DNA of 64,000 bases from Chrysemys picta bellii (Eukaryota), in the NCBI RefSeq assembly GCF_011386835.1, contig NC_088812.1:11780001-11844000 (forward strand), written 5' to 3'. The notes under the pieces are model-generated. The model searched no databases. It was given only the letters and a program-made list of their open reading frames with translations, and was not told where the DNA came from. Position 1 is the stretch's first letter. Each line of letters begins with the position of its first letter. Made by a program: the position numbers and the translations under genes. This document shows positions 1 to 20,501 of this stretch, in pieces.

Positions 1-581
1 TGCAGTAAGCACTGCCCCCCCCCACCTCCCCATAAGTTTGTGCTCCTATGACACTGGCTTTGCAGCTACCATGGGGCCAGAACCCAGAGCCCCAGGCTCC
101 CAAAGCCCAGGCCCTGCCAGCCAGCTAAGGGAGAGTCCCTGCCTGCTGTCGGCAGGAGAGGGGCTTTGACACACAGCGGAGCAGTTCAGACCCTGTCCAG
201 CAGTGGGCAGCGGTGCACACAGTCACCCCTGGAGACGCCTGGATGCACAGACACAGGCCCAGGGGCTCTGTCCTTGTCTGCCCCCGGCTGGGCTCGCCCC
301 CTGCACCTTCCCGCCCACCCCGGAGCCCTGCTGCCCACCACTGCGGGCCCACATGACCGCGGCGAGCAGATGGCAAGGCGGCAGCATCCTGGCACAGCCG
401 CCATCTCACTCCCGTCCCAGCTGGCATGTCCTTCCCTGGTGCCATCTGCTGCCCGGCGTGCCCGTGCGGAAGGGCTGGCACAGGACTTGTCCCTCGCTGA
501 CCCCCAGCCCCCGGGGAGGGGCACGATCCCTCTATGGGATGGAGCACCAGGCTGACCGCGCTGGCTCTTTCTGCCCCCCAG

Positions 582-2982
582 GTGACGGACATGATGCAGA
601 AAGCGCTCTTCGACTTCCTCAAGCACAGGTTTGATGGCAGGTGAGCTCCCCCCACCCCCCCGGCTGTGTCCGTCCCCCTGCCCCAGAACCCTGGGGCTCG
701 ACTCCCCCTTGGGGCAGCCCTGAGCCCGGCCGGTGTCAGACCTGCCCTGGCCCCCGGGGGACGGCCCTGCCCCCATGTCACCATCTCTCTCCCTCCTCAG
801 GATCTCCATCACCCGCGTCACCGCCGACCTGTCCCTCGCCAAGCGCTCCGTCCTCAACAACCCGGGCAAGCGCGCCATCATCGAGCGCTCCGCCACCCGC
901 TCCAGCATTGGTGAGTCGTGCCACGGGCGGGGGGCTGTGGGCAGAGCTGGGGTAGCCCCCTCTACACACACACACACACACCATGGGGTCTGGCGGAGCG
1001 GCAGCAGCCTGCCCTGGGGTCCCCTGCCCAGGTCAGACTGGAGACTTCCAGATGCACCCCCCCCCCCCCCCCGAGCGAAGGACACGGCCCACCCCCACCC
1101 CTGCCGGACGCCCCGGGACCTGGCGTGGATGTGTGTGTGGGGGGGGCAGCGATTGGCTAGGGGCTGCTGGGACCCAGAGTGCAAAGCCCCTCCCCAGCCG
1201 CCCAGGCAGTGCCACGCGGCTCCCCTGTGCTGTGCAGCACAGGCACCCCAGGGAGGGGGCGGGGAGCCGCAGGGGAGGGAGGGGTGCTCCCCTCCCCCGC
1301 CTGGCAGGGCTTGGGGGGCTCATGCGCTCCCTCCCCCAGCCGAGGTGCAGAGCGAGATCGAGCGCATCTTCGAGCTGGCCAAGGCCCTGCAGCTGGTGGT
1401 GCTGGACGCCGACACCATCAACCACCCGACCCAGCTGGCCAAGACCTCGCTGGCCCCCATCGTGGTCTACGTCAAGGTGTCCTCGCCCAAGGTGAGCGAG
1501 GCTGGGGGGGGGGGGGGGCTGCACCAGCAGGGCTGTGCTGGGGGGGGCCCTACTGAGCCCCTGTAGCACAGCGCCCCCTAGCGAAGCATTGGGGCAGCAA
1601 GGAGTGCCCCCCCCCAGCCTTTCTTTAGTGATCTCCCATCCATGCCCGAAGTGGGGGCTCCCCGTGGGGCTGGGGGGCTCTGCCTGGCCCAGGAGCGGGG
1701 GTGCCCATGGGGGGGGGGCTCCGCCTGGCCCAGGAGGGGTGGTCCCCATGGGGCTGGGGGAGGGGGCGCTCCACCCGGCCCAGGAGACCGTGACTGTCCC
1801 CCTGTCCCCGGCAGGTGCTGCAGCGGCTAATCAAATCCCGGGGCAAGTCGCAGGTGAAGCACCTCAACGTGCAGATGATGGCGGCCGACAAGCTGGTGCA
1901 GTGCCCGCCGGTGAGTGCGGGGCTGGAGGTGGGACCCCGCAAACTCACAGCTCGGGCTGTGTGCCCCCGCCCCCAGCCTGGTGTGCCCAGGCAGGGCCTG
2001 CTCCAGGCCCCCTCCCAGCCCAGCCGCCCCCCTGAGCAGGCCCTTTCCTGCCCCCCAGGAGCTCTTTGACGTGATCCTGGACGAGAACCAGCTGGAGGAC
2101 GCCTGTGAGCACCTGGCCGAGTACCTGGAGGTGTACTGGAGAGCCACACACCATCCGCTGCACCCGCTGGGCAGCCAGCCCCTCCTGACGCCACCCGCCG
2201 CCATCACGGGCCTGCAGGTACCAGGGCGCTCTCACACGGGCTCTGCCCAGAGCCTGGCATGCAGCACCCTGCCTCAGTGCCCCCCTCTCGCAGGGGGGGG
2301 GTAGTGTCCTTTCCTGCCAACTGCTGCCCCACATCCCAGAGGTGGCCGTATTGTGTTGAGCGAGGGGTCACGGCCTAGCTCTCTGCCTCTGGCTAAGGGG
2401 GCCGGGACCGGGCCAGGCGCAGTCTATGTGCCCCCCTACAACGCCTTGCACTGCTGCACCCCCTCTGCACTGCTCCCTGGAACCCAGAGCCAGGCACGGG
2501 ACCCCCAGAAGCTGACTCAGCTCCCTCTGCCCCCCCCCCCCACGGTGAGACAAGCCCTCCCCCACCCCAAGCTGTTTGGCAGGGGAAGCTCCCTCGCACT
2601 CTGCTCGCCCAGCCACCGCTCCCTGTCCAGCTGAAAGGGGGCCCTGACCTGTCTCTCTGCCCCCCAGAACCAGCAGCTGCTGGGGGAGCGGGGTGGGGAG
2701 CACTCCCCCCTCGAGCACGACAGCCTGATGCAGTCGGACGAGACAAGCGAGACCTCCCGCAAGCCCTGGGCGGCCGCCTCGCAGCGCAGCTCCCAGCCCC
2801 TGGAGGACGAGTACCTGGACCCCTACCCGGAGCTGTACCAGCCCCACCGGCACCACAACAGCGGCCTGCACAGCGCCAACGGGCACGACTCGCAGGACCG
2901 GCTCCTGCAGCGCGAGGCCGAGCAGACCCACAACGACAGGAACTGGCAACGCAACCGGCCCTGGGCCAAGGACAGCTACTGA
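582..2982 (+). CDS. CACNB3: Voltage-gated calcium channel beta-3 subunit, last six coding exons (5' exons lie outside the window): 582-640, 801-910, 1340-1491, 1815-1910, 2059-2217, 2668-2982
   Basis: All introns are GT-AG and exon phases join into one frame: [41 protein letters not shown]...[15 protein letters not shown] (GK domain/BID region)...[23 protein letters not shown]. The C-terminus NQQLLGERG...[15 protein letters not shown] is the beta-3-specific tail. Stop TGA at 2980-2982. Confidence 0.96.
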
Positions 2983-3830
2983 TGGGCCCCGGCCTCAGCC
3001 ACCCCCCTCCCCGCTGTCAGACCAGCCCCACGGGCCCAGGGAGCCTGGCCGCCCGGCCACAGCCCTGGCTGACCCGCCCCGGCCTTCCCCCAAACACAGC
3101 CCGCCAGGTAGCTCGTGGGGTCACACCCTCCCTGCTGTACCTAACTGGAGGGGGAGGGCTCTGTCCTCAGGCCCCCTGCCCCTGCTAGGCATTGCTCAGA
3201 CAATCTCCCAGGCGGGAACCCCCCCGGTCCCCGCCCTGTTCCCACTCTGTCCAGCTGCACGAGGAGAGGTCGGGAGCCAGGACACCTGGGTTCTAAGCAC
3301 TGGCTGGCCCCTGCTCCAGGCCTGTTTCCCTGGCAGTGCTTGCTCCAAGCCCCTCCAGCCCCCTTGCCCTCTTCCTTAGGGCTGGGCTCGGCTCCCTGGG
3401 GCAGGGCCTAGGAGTCCAGCTAACAGGGCACAATTTGCTAAGTGAAAACCCCCCAGGGTAGGGTGAGGAGCCTGGATGCTGCCCCCCTCCCCTCTTTCAG
3501 TGGGGCTCAGCCCTGAACATCCAGCGGCCCAGCCCCACCGCCCACACCCGTAACCACTAGCATCCAGCCACGACGCAGAGAAGCCTGTACGTAGTGCACC
3601 CCACTGCCCCGCACTGGCTGGACTGGGCACGGGGCGCCCGAGGGGGGCAGAGGGAGATTTCCCCCCTGGCTGGGGGAGCTGGGGCGAGCCCTCGGGGGGC
3701 CGGGAACCACGGAGCGGCCACGGATTTGTTACAGCTCTTGTGTAGGAAGCACTTACTGCCGACAACCTGTAGCCTGTTTAACAAAGAAGTGTTTGCAGTT
3801 TAGAGATGGTGTTTGTGTGTCTGCCAGCCA

Positions 3831-4225
3831 GGGCCGGGCGCCAGAACCCCCCAACCTGTGCTCACCAAGGGGGGGGAGACGACGACCAAGGGGCCGGGCA
3901 CCAGAACCCCCCAACCTGTGCTCACCGAGGGGGGACAAGGGGCCGGGCGCCAGAACCCCCCAACCTGTGCTCACCAAGGGGGGGGGAGACGACGACCAAG
4001 GGGCCGGGCACCAGAACCCCCCAACCTGTGCTCACCGAGGGGGGACAAGGGGCCGGGCGCCAGAACCCCCCAACCTGTGCTCACCAAGGGGGGGGGGGGA
4101 GACGACGACCAAGGGGCAGGGCACCAGAACCCCCCAACCTGTGCTCACCAAGGGGGGGGGAGACGACGACCAAGGGGCAGGGCACCAGAACCCCCCAACC
4201 TGTGCTCACCGAGGGGGAACAAGGA
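3831..4225. repeat. Minisatellite, 7 copies of a ~50/60-bp unit (core GGGC[A/G]CCAGAACCCCCCAACCTGTGCTCACC)
   Basis: Direct tandem copies start near 3831, 3891, 3940, 4001, 4050, 4113 and 4174. Long units carry an extra GACGACGACC tract. Confidence 0.9.
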
Positions 4226-4447
4226 CTGTTTCCATCCCCCACCCCCCAAACCCATGTGGGGTAGAGCTCTTTGCAGGTGGCCCTGGCAGCACAGGGGGTC
4301 CCCCACCTTCTGTGGGCATGGTGGGGGTCCAAGCAGGCAGAGGTGGAGAACCAGCGTGGGAGCTGGTTGGGACACCCCTCCAGCTGCGGGGGGGGGGGGA
4401 AGGGGGGGGGCATGGCCAGGGTCCTGCGCACAGACACTCTCGGGAGC

Positions 4448-4453
4448 TTTATT
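4448..4453 (-). terminator. Probable DDX23 polyadenylation signal (AATAAA on the minus strand)
   Basis: TTTATT on + at 4448-4453, ~770 bp past the DDX23 stop, with a GT-rich tract downstream on the minus strand. Inference. Confidence 0.6.
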
Positions 4454-5218
4454 CCTGCTTTTCGCTTCAGATTCAACAAGAATTTATACGTAAAAAAGGG
4501 CCCAAGCGCCATGTCCCATTGGCTGATGGGAACACAGGAAACCCCCCCCCCCCCCCAAATGAGACCACCCCCTCCCCCCAAAAGGACAGCAGGTACCAGC
4601 AGAAGCTCCTGGGAGCTAGTAGGGGCCAGATCACACCCCTCCCCCCACCACTGTCCACATCTCCGGTGGAAAGGGTTTGGCTTAACCCCTTAAAACCAGT
4701 GGGTGGAGGGCTCTGCCCCTCGGGGCCAGGGTCCCCCCTGGGGCTCGGCGGCCTGCGAATGGCGCGAGTTGAGGCTACAGGCTGGAGGAGGAGGGAGGAG
4801 CTGGCTGCTCAGGCCCTGCCCCTGACACTTTTCCTGGGAGTCAGGAGTGTCCCGTGCGTGGATTTGATGGGGACCAGGAGCCAGGCACAGCCCCACCCCG
4901 CGGGGTACAGCCAGTCTCGTTTGGTCCCAGGTGTTCTCCTGGCAAGCACTGCCCTCGCTGGGGCACCAGGACCCAGCCTGAGGGGCCTGGCTCCGGATCA
5001 AGCTCAGGTCTGGGAACACAAGAACAGAGTTGCTGCCCCAAACGGGGGCTCTTCCTCCATCAGTCCCCTCAACCGAGGGGCTGGGGGCGGCAGACGACCT
5101 GCAGAGCTCCCCGCTGAAGGGGGAGGCGGGTTCCAAAGGCCAGGCAGCCCCTGGCTGGTGGTAGACGGCAACTAGGCAGCCAGGCCCCAGCTGTCGAAGC
5201 CCTGCGGCTCCCTGGGAC

Positions 5219-13001
<7,783 letters not shown>

Positions 13002-13269
13002 CTGAGGGGCAGGAAGAACCGTTAGCAGTGGGGGGACCAGCCCTTCCCTGGGCTCCTCAGGCCTGGCACTGCCCCCCCCCCCCGCAAGACTTACACAGGG
13101 CACAACATGGGGGGCTGGCTCAGGGTGGGGGGCTGGCTGGCTCAGAGGGCCTGGGAGCGGGGCCCGGGGTCTTTCCTGCTATGGCCTGGGGAGAGCCATG
13201 GGGGGCTGGGTGGTTCACAGCGCGTGGACCCTTTTAATTTGGGGTTAACGGTAAACCCATTACCCCACC

Positions 13270-13898
13270 CCGGGGAGAGAACCCAGGAGTCCCGGCTCCC
13301 CTCCACCCCCCCCCCCCGCCCCGCCCCGGGGAGAGAACCCAGGAGTCCGGGCTCCCCTCCACCCCCCCGCCTCGGGGAGAGAACCCAGGAGTCCGGGCTC
13401 CCCTCCACACCCCCGGCCCGGGGAGAGAACCCAGGAGTCCGGGCTCCCCTCCACCCCCCCCGGCCCGGGGAGAGAACCCAGGAGTCCGGGCTCCCCTCCA
13501 CCCCCCCCCCGGCCCGGGGAGAGAACCCAGGAGTCCGGGCTCCCCTCCACCCCCCCCGCCACGGGGAGAGAACCCAGGAGTCCGGGCTCCCCCTCCACCC
13601 CCCCCGCCTCGGGGAGAGAACCCAGGAGTCCGGGCTCCCCTCCACCCCCCCCCGCCTCGGGGAGAGAACCCAGGAGTCCGGGCTCCCCTCCACCTCCCCC
13701 GCCCCGGGAAGAGAACCCAGGAGTCCGGACCCCCCGCCCCGGGGAGAGAACCCAGGAGTCCGGGCTCCCCTCCATCCCCCCCGCCCCGGGAGAGAACCCA
13801 GGAGTCCGGGCTCCCCTCCACCCCCCCGCCCAGGGGAGAGAACCCAGGAGTCCGGGCTCCCCTCCACACCCCCCGCCTCGGGGAGAGAACCCAGGAGT
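13270..13898. repeat. Tandem array, ~13-14 copies of a ~45-55-bp unit (GGGGAGAGAACCCAGGAGTCCGGGCTCCCCTCCACCCCC), running into the gap
   Basis: Repeated GAGAACCCAGGAGTCC core. Short variant of the family also at 17845, 19795/25647 and 28230. Confidence 0.92.
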
Positions 13899-14398
13899 NN
13901 NNNNNNNNNNNNNNNNNNNNNNNNNNNNNNNNNNNNNNNNNNNNNNNNNNNNNNNNNNNNNNNNNNNNNNNNNNNNNNNNNNNNNNNNNNNNNNNNNNNN
14001 NNNNNNNNNNNNNNNNNNNNNNNNNNNNNNNNNNNNNNNNNNNNNNNNNNNNNNNNNNNNNNNNNNNNNNNNNNNNNNNNNNNNNNNNNNNNNNNNNNNN
14101 NNNNNNNNNNNNNNNNNNNNNNNNNNNNNNNNNNNNNNNNNNNNNNNNNNNNNNNNNNNNNNNNNNNNNNNNNNNNNNNNNNNNNNNNNNNNNNNNNNNN
14201 NNNNNNNNNNNNNNNNNNNNNNNNNNNNNNNNNNNNNNNNNNNNNNNNNNNNNNNNNNNNNNNNNNNNNNNNNNNNNNNNNNNNNNNNNNNNNNNNNNNN
14301 NNNNNNNNNNNNNNNNNNNNNNNNNNNNNNNNNNNNNNNNNNNNNNNNNNNNNNNNNNNNNNNNNNNNNNNNNNNNNNNNNNNNNNNNNNNNNNNNNN
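13899..14398. other. Scaffold gap (500 N)
   Basis: Exactly 500 N. Same size as the second gap, so a nominal rather than measured length. Confidence 0.99.
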
Positions 14399-16110
<1,712 letters not shown>

Positions 16111-17752
16111 GCCGCCCTTCTGCCCACCCCCTCTCAGGCTGGCAGGACCCGTCGGTTCTCCCCCCTCCCCCTCTCGTTGGGTTTTGCTTTCTTTCTGGCA
16201 CCGGTTGCTGTGGGTTTGATTTGGGGTCTCGGTTCTGGCCCCCCCCCCCCCCCCCCGGGGTTTGCACGGATCTCGGTGTGTGTGCGCGTGTGATGAATAT
16301 ATCGATATATAAATATTTATGGGGGGCGGGGGGCATCTGCTTCCGTGCTGGGGCAGCCCCCTGCCGCCGGGGTGGGGGGCACCGACTGCCCCGCGTGTAG
16401 CAGTGGCCTTTCTTTTGTGTTGTTTTTATGTTGTTCTTGGTGCCCTGTGACGTGACACGGAGGTAAATTCCTCAAGGCAGCTTTAAGCTTCTGTGTAGGG
16501 GGGGCTACTGGTCTGTGCTGGGGAGGAGGGGACACTGCAGGGGGAGGGGGCAGCCGGGCGAGTCGTTTCTGGGTCTCATCCCGTTCCATCTTTCATCTGG
16601 GTGGTGGTGGGGGGGGGGTTGGTATCACTTGCTAGGGCAGCGCCCCCTGCTGGCAACGTGGCCCTTTCCCCAGTCTCCCCCTGCTCCACACTGTACAGGC
16701 ACCCGGGGGGGGCTGGCAGAGCTGGTGGGGGACCGGCCAGTGCAGTCTCTGTGCAAGGGAGGTGAACGTTGCCGAGGGGGGCGCCGGGGGGCTGTGGATT
16801 CAGTGGCAGAATCGGGACCATGGTGGAAATTGCCCCTCCAGCCTCGCCGCCCCCCCCTCCACCCCCGGGTTTCAGACGCTGCCGGACCCAGCGTTCCCGT
16901 GCGCTTCCCTGTGTCTCCACTGGGGCGGCACCCACAGCTGCTAAATAACTCCCCCGAGGTCGCCCCAGAGCAAGGGCCCCAGGTTCACCCCCCCCACACA
17001 CCAAATCATGTCACTTCAAGAGGGAGGATTCCTCCCCCTGCAGCAGCCCCCCCATGTTCCCCAGCACCCACCTCCTCGGCAGCCGTGGGGGGCTGTGGGG
17101 GGCACTCCCGTTATCATGACCACCTGCGGTGGGGACACCCCAAGAGGCGCCTGTTGGGCTGAGCAGGGATTTAGGGGAGATGCATCAGGGACCCCCACTG
17201 CCCCCCGGACTTGCCCACAGCAGAGGGATGGTAGCCCTGGGGATCCTGCCCCCCAGGGGCTGGTGGTGGGAGCGCGTTAGCTCAGGTTGGGCTGGGTAAT
17301 TAGCGGCTGTTTCTCGGTGGGCTGGTTAGCAAGGAGTGTATTAATTTTTCCTTTGTACCCGCCCCCCCCAGCAGTCATGCATGTGACCCCCTCCAATCCT
17401 TCTCCCCCAAGATGGAGGGAAATTGGGCCTCACCCACTCCCCCGGCTTGGGGAGCCACCTAACCAGCCAACAGGGGCCAGCGATTCACAGGTGACCCCCC
17501 CCCCCCCCCCCCGTGTGCAGCACAGTGATTGTAACGAGAACACACACACCCCCTGGGCGGACGGACGGACGGACTGTCAGCTCCTCCCCAGCACATGTAT
17601 TTATACCCCCGGTCTCTGCTTGGTGTGACATGTTGCCCGTGGTTCTGCCCTGGGACGTGGCCCGTGTGTATAGCACCACCTGCCTCTTCCCCCCCCCCCC
17701 CCCCGGCTCTCGGGGTGTTGGATACACGAGGACCCCTGTACCCCCATTGAAT

Positions 17753-17758
17753 ATTAAA
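17753..17758 (+). terminator. Possible ARF3 polyadenylation signal (ATTAAA)
   Basis: ATTAAA followed by the U/GU-rich TGTTTTATGTAGTG, ~1.65 kb after the ARF3 stop and just before a repeat array. Inference. Confidence 0.45.
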
Positions 17759-17844
17759 CATGTTTTATGTAGTGCTGGCCCAGTGTCGCTTCTTTCACCT
17801 CCCTGGGGCTGCCAGAGGAACTGACACCCCCAACTACTCTCTCA

Positions 17845-18165
17845 GGCGGGGGGGAGCCAGGACTCCTGGGTTCTCTCCCCTGCTCTGGGAGGGGAGTGGG
17901 GGGTCTAGTGGGTTAGAGCAGGGGGGGCTGGGAGCCAGGACTCCTGGGTTCTCTCCCCTGCTCTGGGAGGGGAGTGGGGGTCTAGTGGATTAGAGCAAGG
18001 GGGGGCTGGGAGCCAGGACTCCTGGGTTCTCTCCCCTGCTCTGGGAGGGGAGTGGGGGCTGGTGGGTTAGAGCAGGGGGGGGCTGGGAGCCAGGACTCCT
18101 GGGTTCTCTCCCCTGCTCTGGGAGGGGAGTGGGGGCTGGTGGGTTAGAGCGGGGGGGCTGGGACT
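17845..18165. repeat. Tandem array, ~4 copies of a 77-78-bp unit (GGGAGCCAGGACTCCTGGGTTCTCTCCCCTGCTCTGGGAGGGGAGTGGGGGTCTAGTGGGTTAGAGCA)
   Basis: GGACTCC cores at 17860, 17938, 18016 and 18093. Confidence 0.92.
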
Positions 18166-19794
18166 CCCCATCGCACCTGGGCTGAGCTGGTACGTGGCCC
18201 GGATCTGGTGCCCTCACCCCCCACCCCCATCAGTGCCAGTGAAGCCAGGTCCCCTGGGCGGGCTGGGGAAGGGGTGATGGACAGGCTGGGGCTGACTTTA
18301 ATTAGAAACAGCTTAGGGGAGCGATGGTGCTTCTGGGGCAGGGAGATCCGGAGCCAGAGAGAAGCTTTACCCCCCCCCCCCCCCCGGTCCTGTATTTAAG
18401 GGGATATTGGCTAAATGGTAAATCCCATTAGCTCTAATCCTGGCTGGGGGAGGCGGATTGTGCCCGTTCCACACTCTGATTTGAAACAAGTGGGGCAGGC
18501 ACTGAATCCTCGCCCCCGCCCTGGGCCGGGGGGGGGGGGGGGCACAGAGCCTGGCAGCTGGCCCTGGGGCTCTGGAAGAGAGAGGGGCCCCGGTGCAGGA
18601 CGCCTGGGTTCTGCCCCGCCAGCTCTGATGCATATTGACGGTGTGAGCCTGAGCCCCGGGGAGGGGCCCTGCAGGTTCGGCCATTCGCACTCCTCCAGCC
18701 CGGTCACCCCCCTTGCTGGCTGCAACCCCCCTGCACCCTCCAGCCACGCAGCCTCAGCCCCCCGCGTGCTGGGCCCCCATCCGAGCCGGAGCCCTGCGGC
18801 AGGACAGGCCGGACGTTTCGGAGCGGCACGAGTGGGGGCGAGGCTGCGCTCTCGGGGGGCAGCAGTGGGTAGAGCGGGTGCCAGGTGGTGGTGGGTAAAT
18901 GGAAACTCCACCCACGTGTCCCGAGAACACAGCCGTGGGGGGAGACGGCCCCTGCCCTGCCCGGGATTCGGGGCTCAGGAGCGGGGCGGTACAGATGGGC
19001 ACCAGTCCCTGCTCGGTTTCTGGGGTAGAGCGGTGGTGGTGTGGGCAGTGGGGCCGTACTGCTGCAGGGATGGCGGTGCCAGGGCTGTTAATAGTGCGGA
19101 TGAGCCCGAAGGCCTTGGCCAGGCTCCTGCTGGGAGCTGCCTCCAGTCTCCTGGGGCCCAGGCCGGTGCCTCCACAAGGGCAGGTCAAACCCGCCCGTCC
19201 GGGGCATCACCCGTCCGGAGCATCGCCCGTGGGTTCTGCGGTGGGCGGAGGCCAGGCCAGGCTTAGCCCCTGGGTTTCAATGCCGCTGCCAGAGCCCAGG
19301 TGGAACGCTGCCCCTGCCGTAGGTCCTGTGGTGTCGACTTGAACCAGGCCCGAGCTGACCGGGGCACGCCAGTACTGGGGGAGCAAAGTGAGGGGTGGGG
19401 TGCATGGGGGGAGGAGATAGAAAGCCCCGCCTCCCCCCAAGACAGGGCAGTTGGAGCCCAGCAGCTGCCCCGGGTCCCTCCATGCTGCAGGCATGTGCCC
19501 GGGTGCGGTGGCCACGGGTACCAGGCCTGAGCCCTGCTTGTCTGACACGAGCGTTCTGCCCCCTGGGGTGAGTGATAGAGGTGGGGGTGGGTGGGGCTGG
19601 CACTTCAGCCCAGGGTGCAGGGGAAGGAGCGCTGGGGGGGGGGAACGTGGAGGGGGTCTCAAAATGTCACATGCCTGGGGACTGGGCTGGGGGGCACATC
19701 TGCAGGGTCTGCCAATCAGTTCCCCCCACTCAACGCTCCCCAGAGCTAGTGCTGCCCCTCAAATCCCCAGTGCTCCAAGCAGGTGGTTAGAGCA

Positions 19795-20081
19795 GGGGGC
19801 TGGGGGCCAGGACTCCTGGGTTCTGTCCGTGGCTCTGGGGAGGGAGTCTAGGGGGCCAGGACTCCTGGGTTCTATCCCCAGCTCGGGGAGGGGGTTTAGG
19901 GGTCCAGGAGCCAGGACTCCTGGATTCTATCCCCGGCTCTGGGAGGGGGAGGGAATCCAGGGGGCCAGGAGCTAGGACTCCTGGGTTCTATCCCCGGCTC
20001 TGGGGAGGGAATCCAGGGGGCCAGGAGCCAGGACTCCTGGGTTCTGTCCCTGGCTCTGGGGAAGGAGTCTAGGGGGCCAGG
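19795..20081. repeat. Left part of a CCAGGACTCCTGG-core tandem array interrupted by the retrotransposon
   Basis: Repeated CCAGGACTCCTGGGTTCT[A/G]TCCC units. The array continues at 25647-26010. Confidence 0.85.
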
Positions 20082-20501
20082 TGTCACGGAGTGTGGGGGA
20101 GTCAGGGCCCTGCACCCCTCTTCCTGAGATTCACTGTGACTCTCAACCAGCCAGTAAAGCAGAAGGTTTATTTAAGGACAGGAACACAGTCTCAAGCAGA
20201 GCGTGTAGGTACGACCAGACCCCCTCAATTAGGTCCCTCTGGGAGGTTCAGGGAGCTTAGACCCTAGCTTGGGGTTCCCTGCATTGCACCACCCAGCCCA
20301 ACCCGAAACTAAACCAAAACTCCTCCTGCTGCTCCTCTCCTTTGTTCAGTCTCCCGGGCAGAAGGTGTTAATTCTCCCCACCCCCGTTCCTGGCTCAGGT
20401 TACAGCTCAGGTAGCTTCCTTCAAGGGAAGTCCCACATCCCCACTGCAATCCCCCTGCAACATTCCCAGGTCAAATCTGCCCCGCTCCCTGCTCCGTCAC
20501 A
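20082..20501 (-). repeat. 3' LTR (420 bp)
   Basis: Ends TGTCAC...GTCACA on +. AATAAA on the minus strand at 20167-20172. The PPT (minus-strand GAAGGGGGAGAGA) abuts at ~20502-20514. Confidence 0.95.

Noticed and set aside
3793-5175. 460-aa ORF between CACNB3 and DDX23
   Set aside because: It runs through a stop-free minisatellite and GC-rich UTR sequence. The translation is repetitive with no recognisable domain or splice structure.
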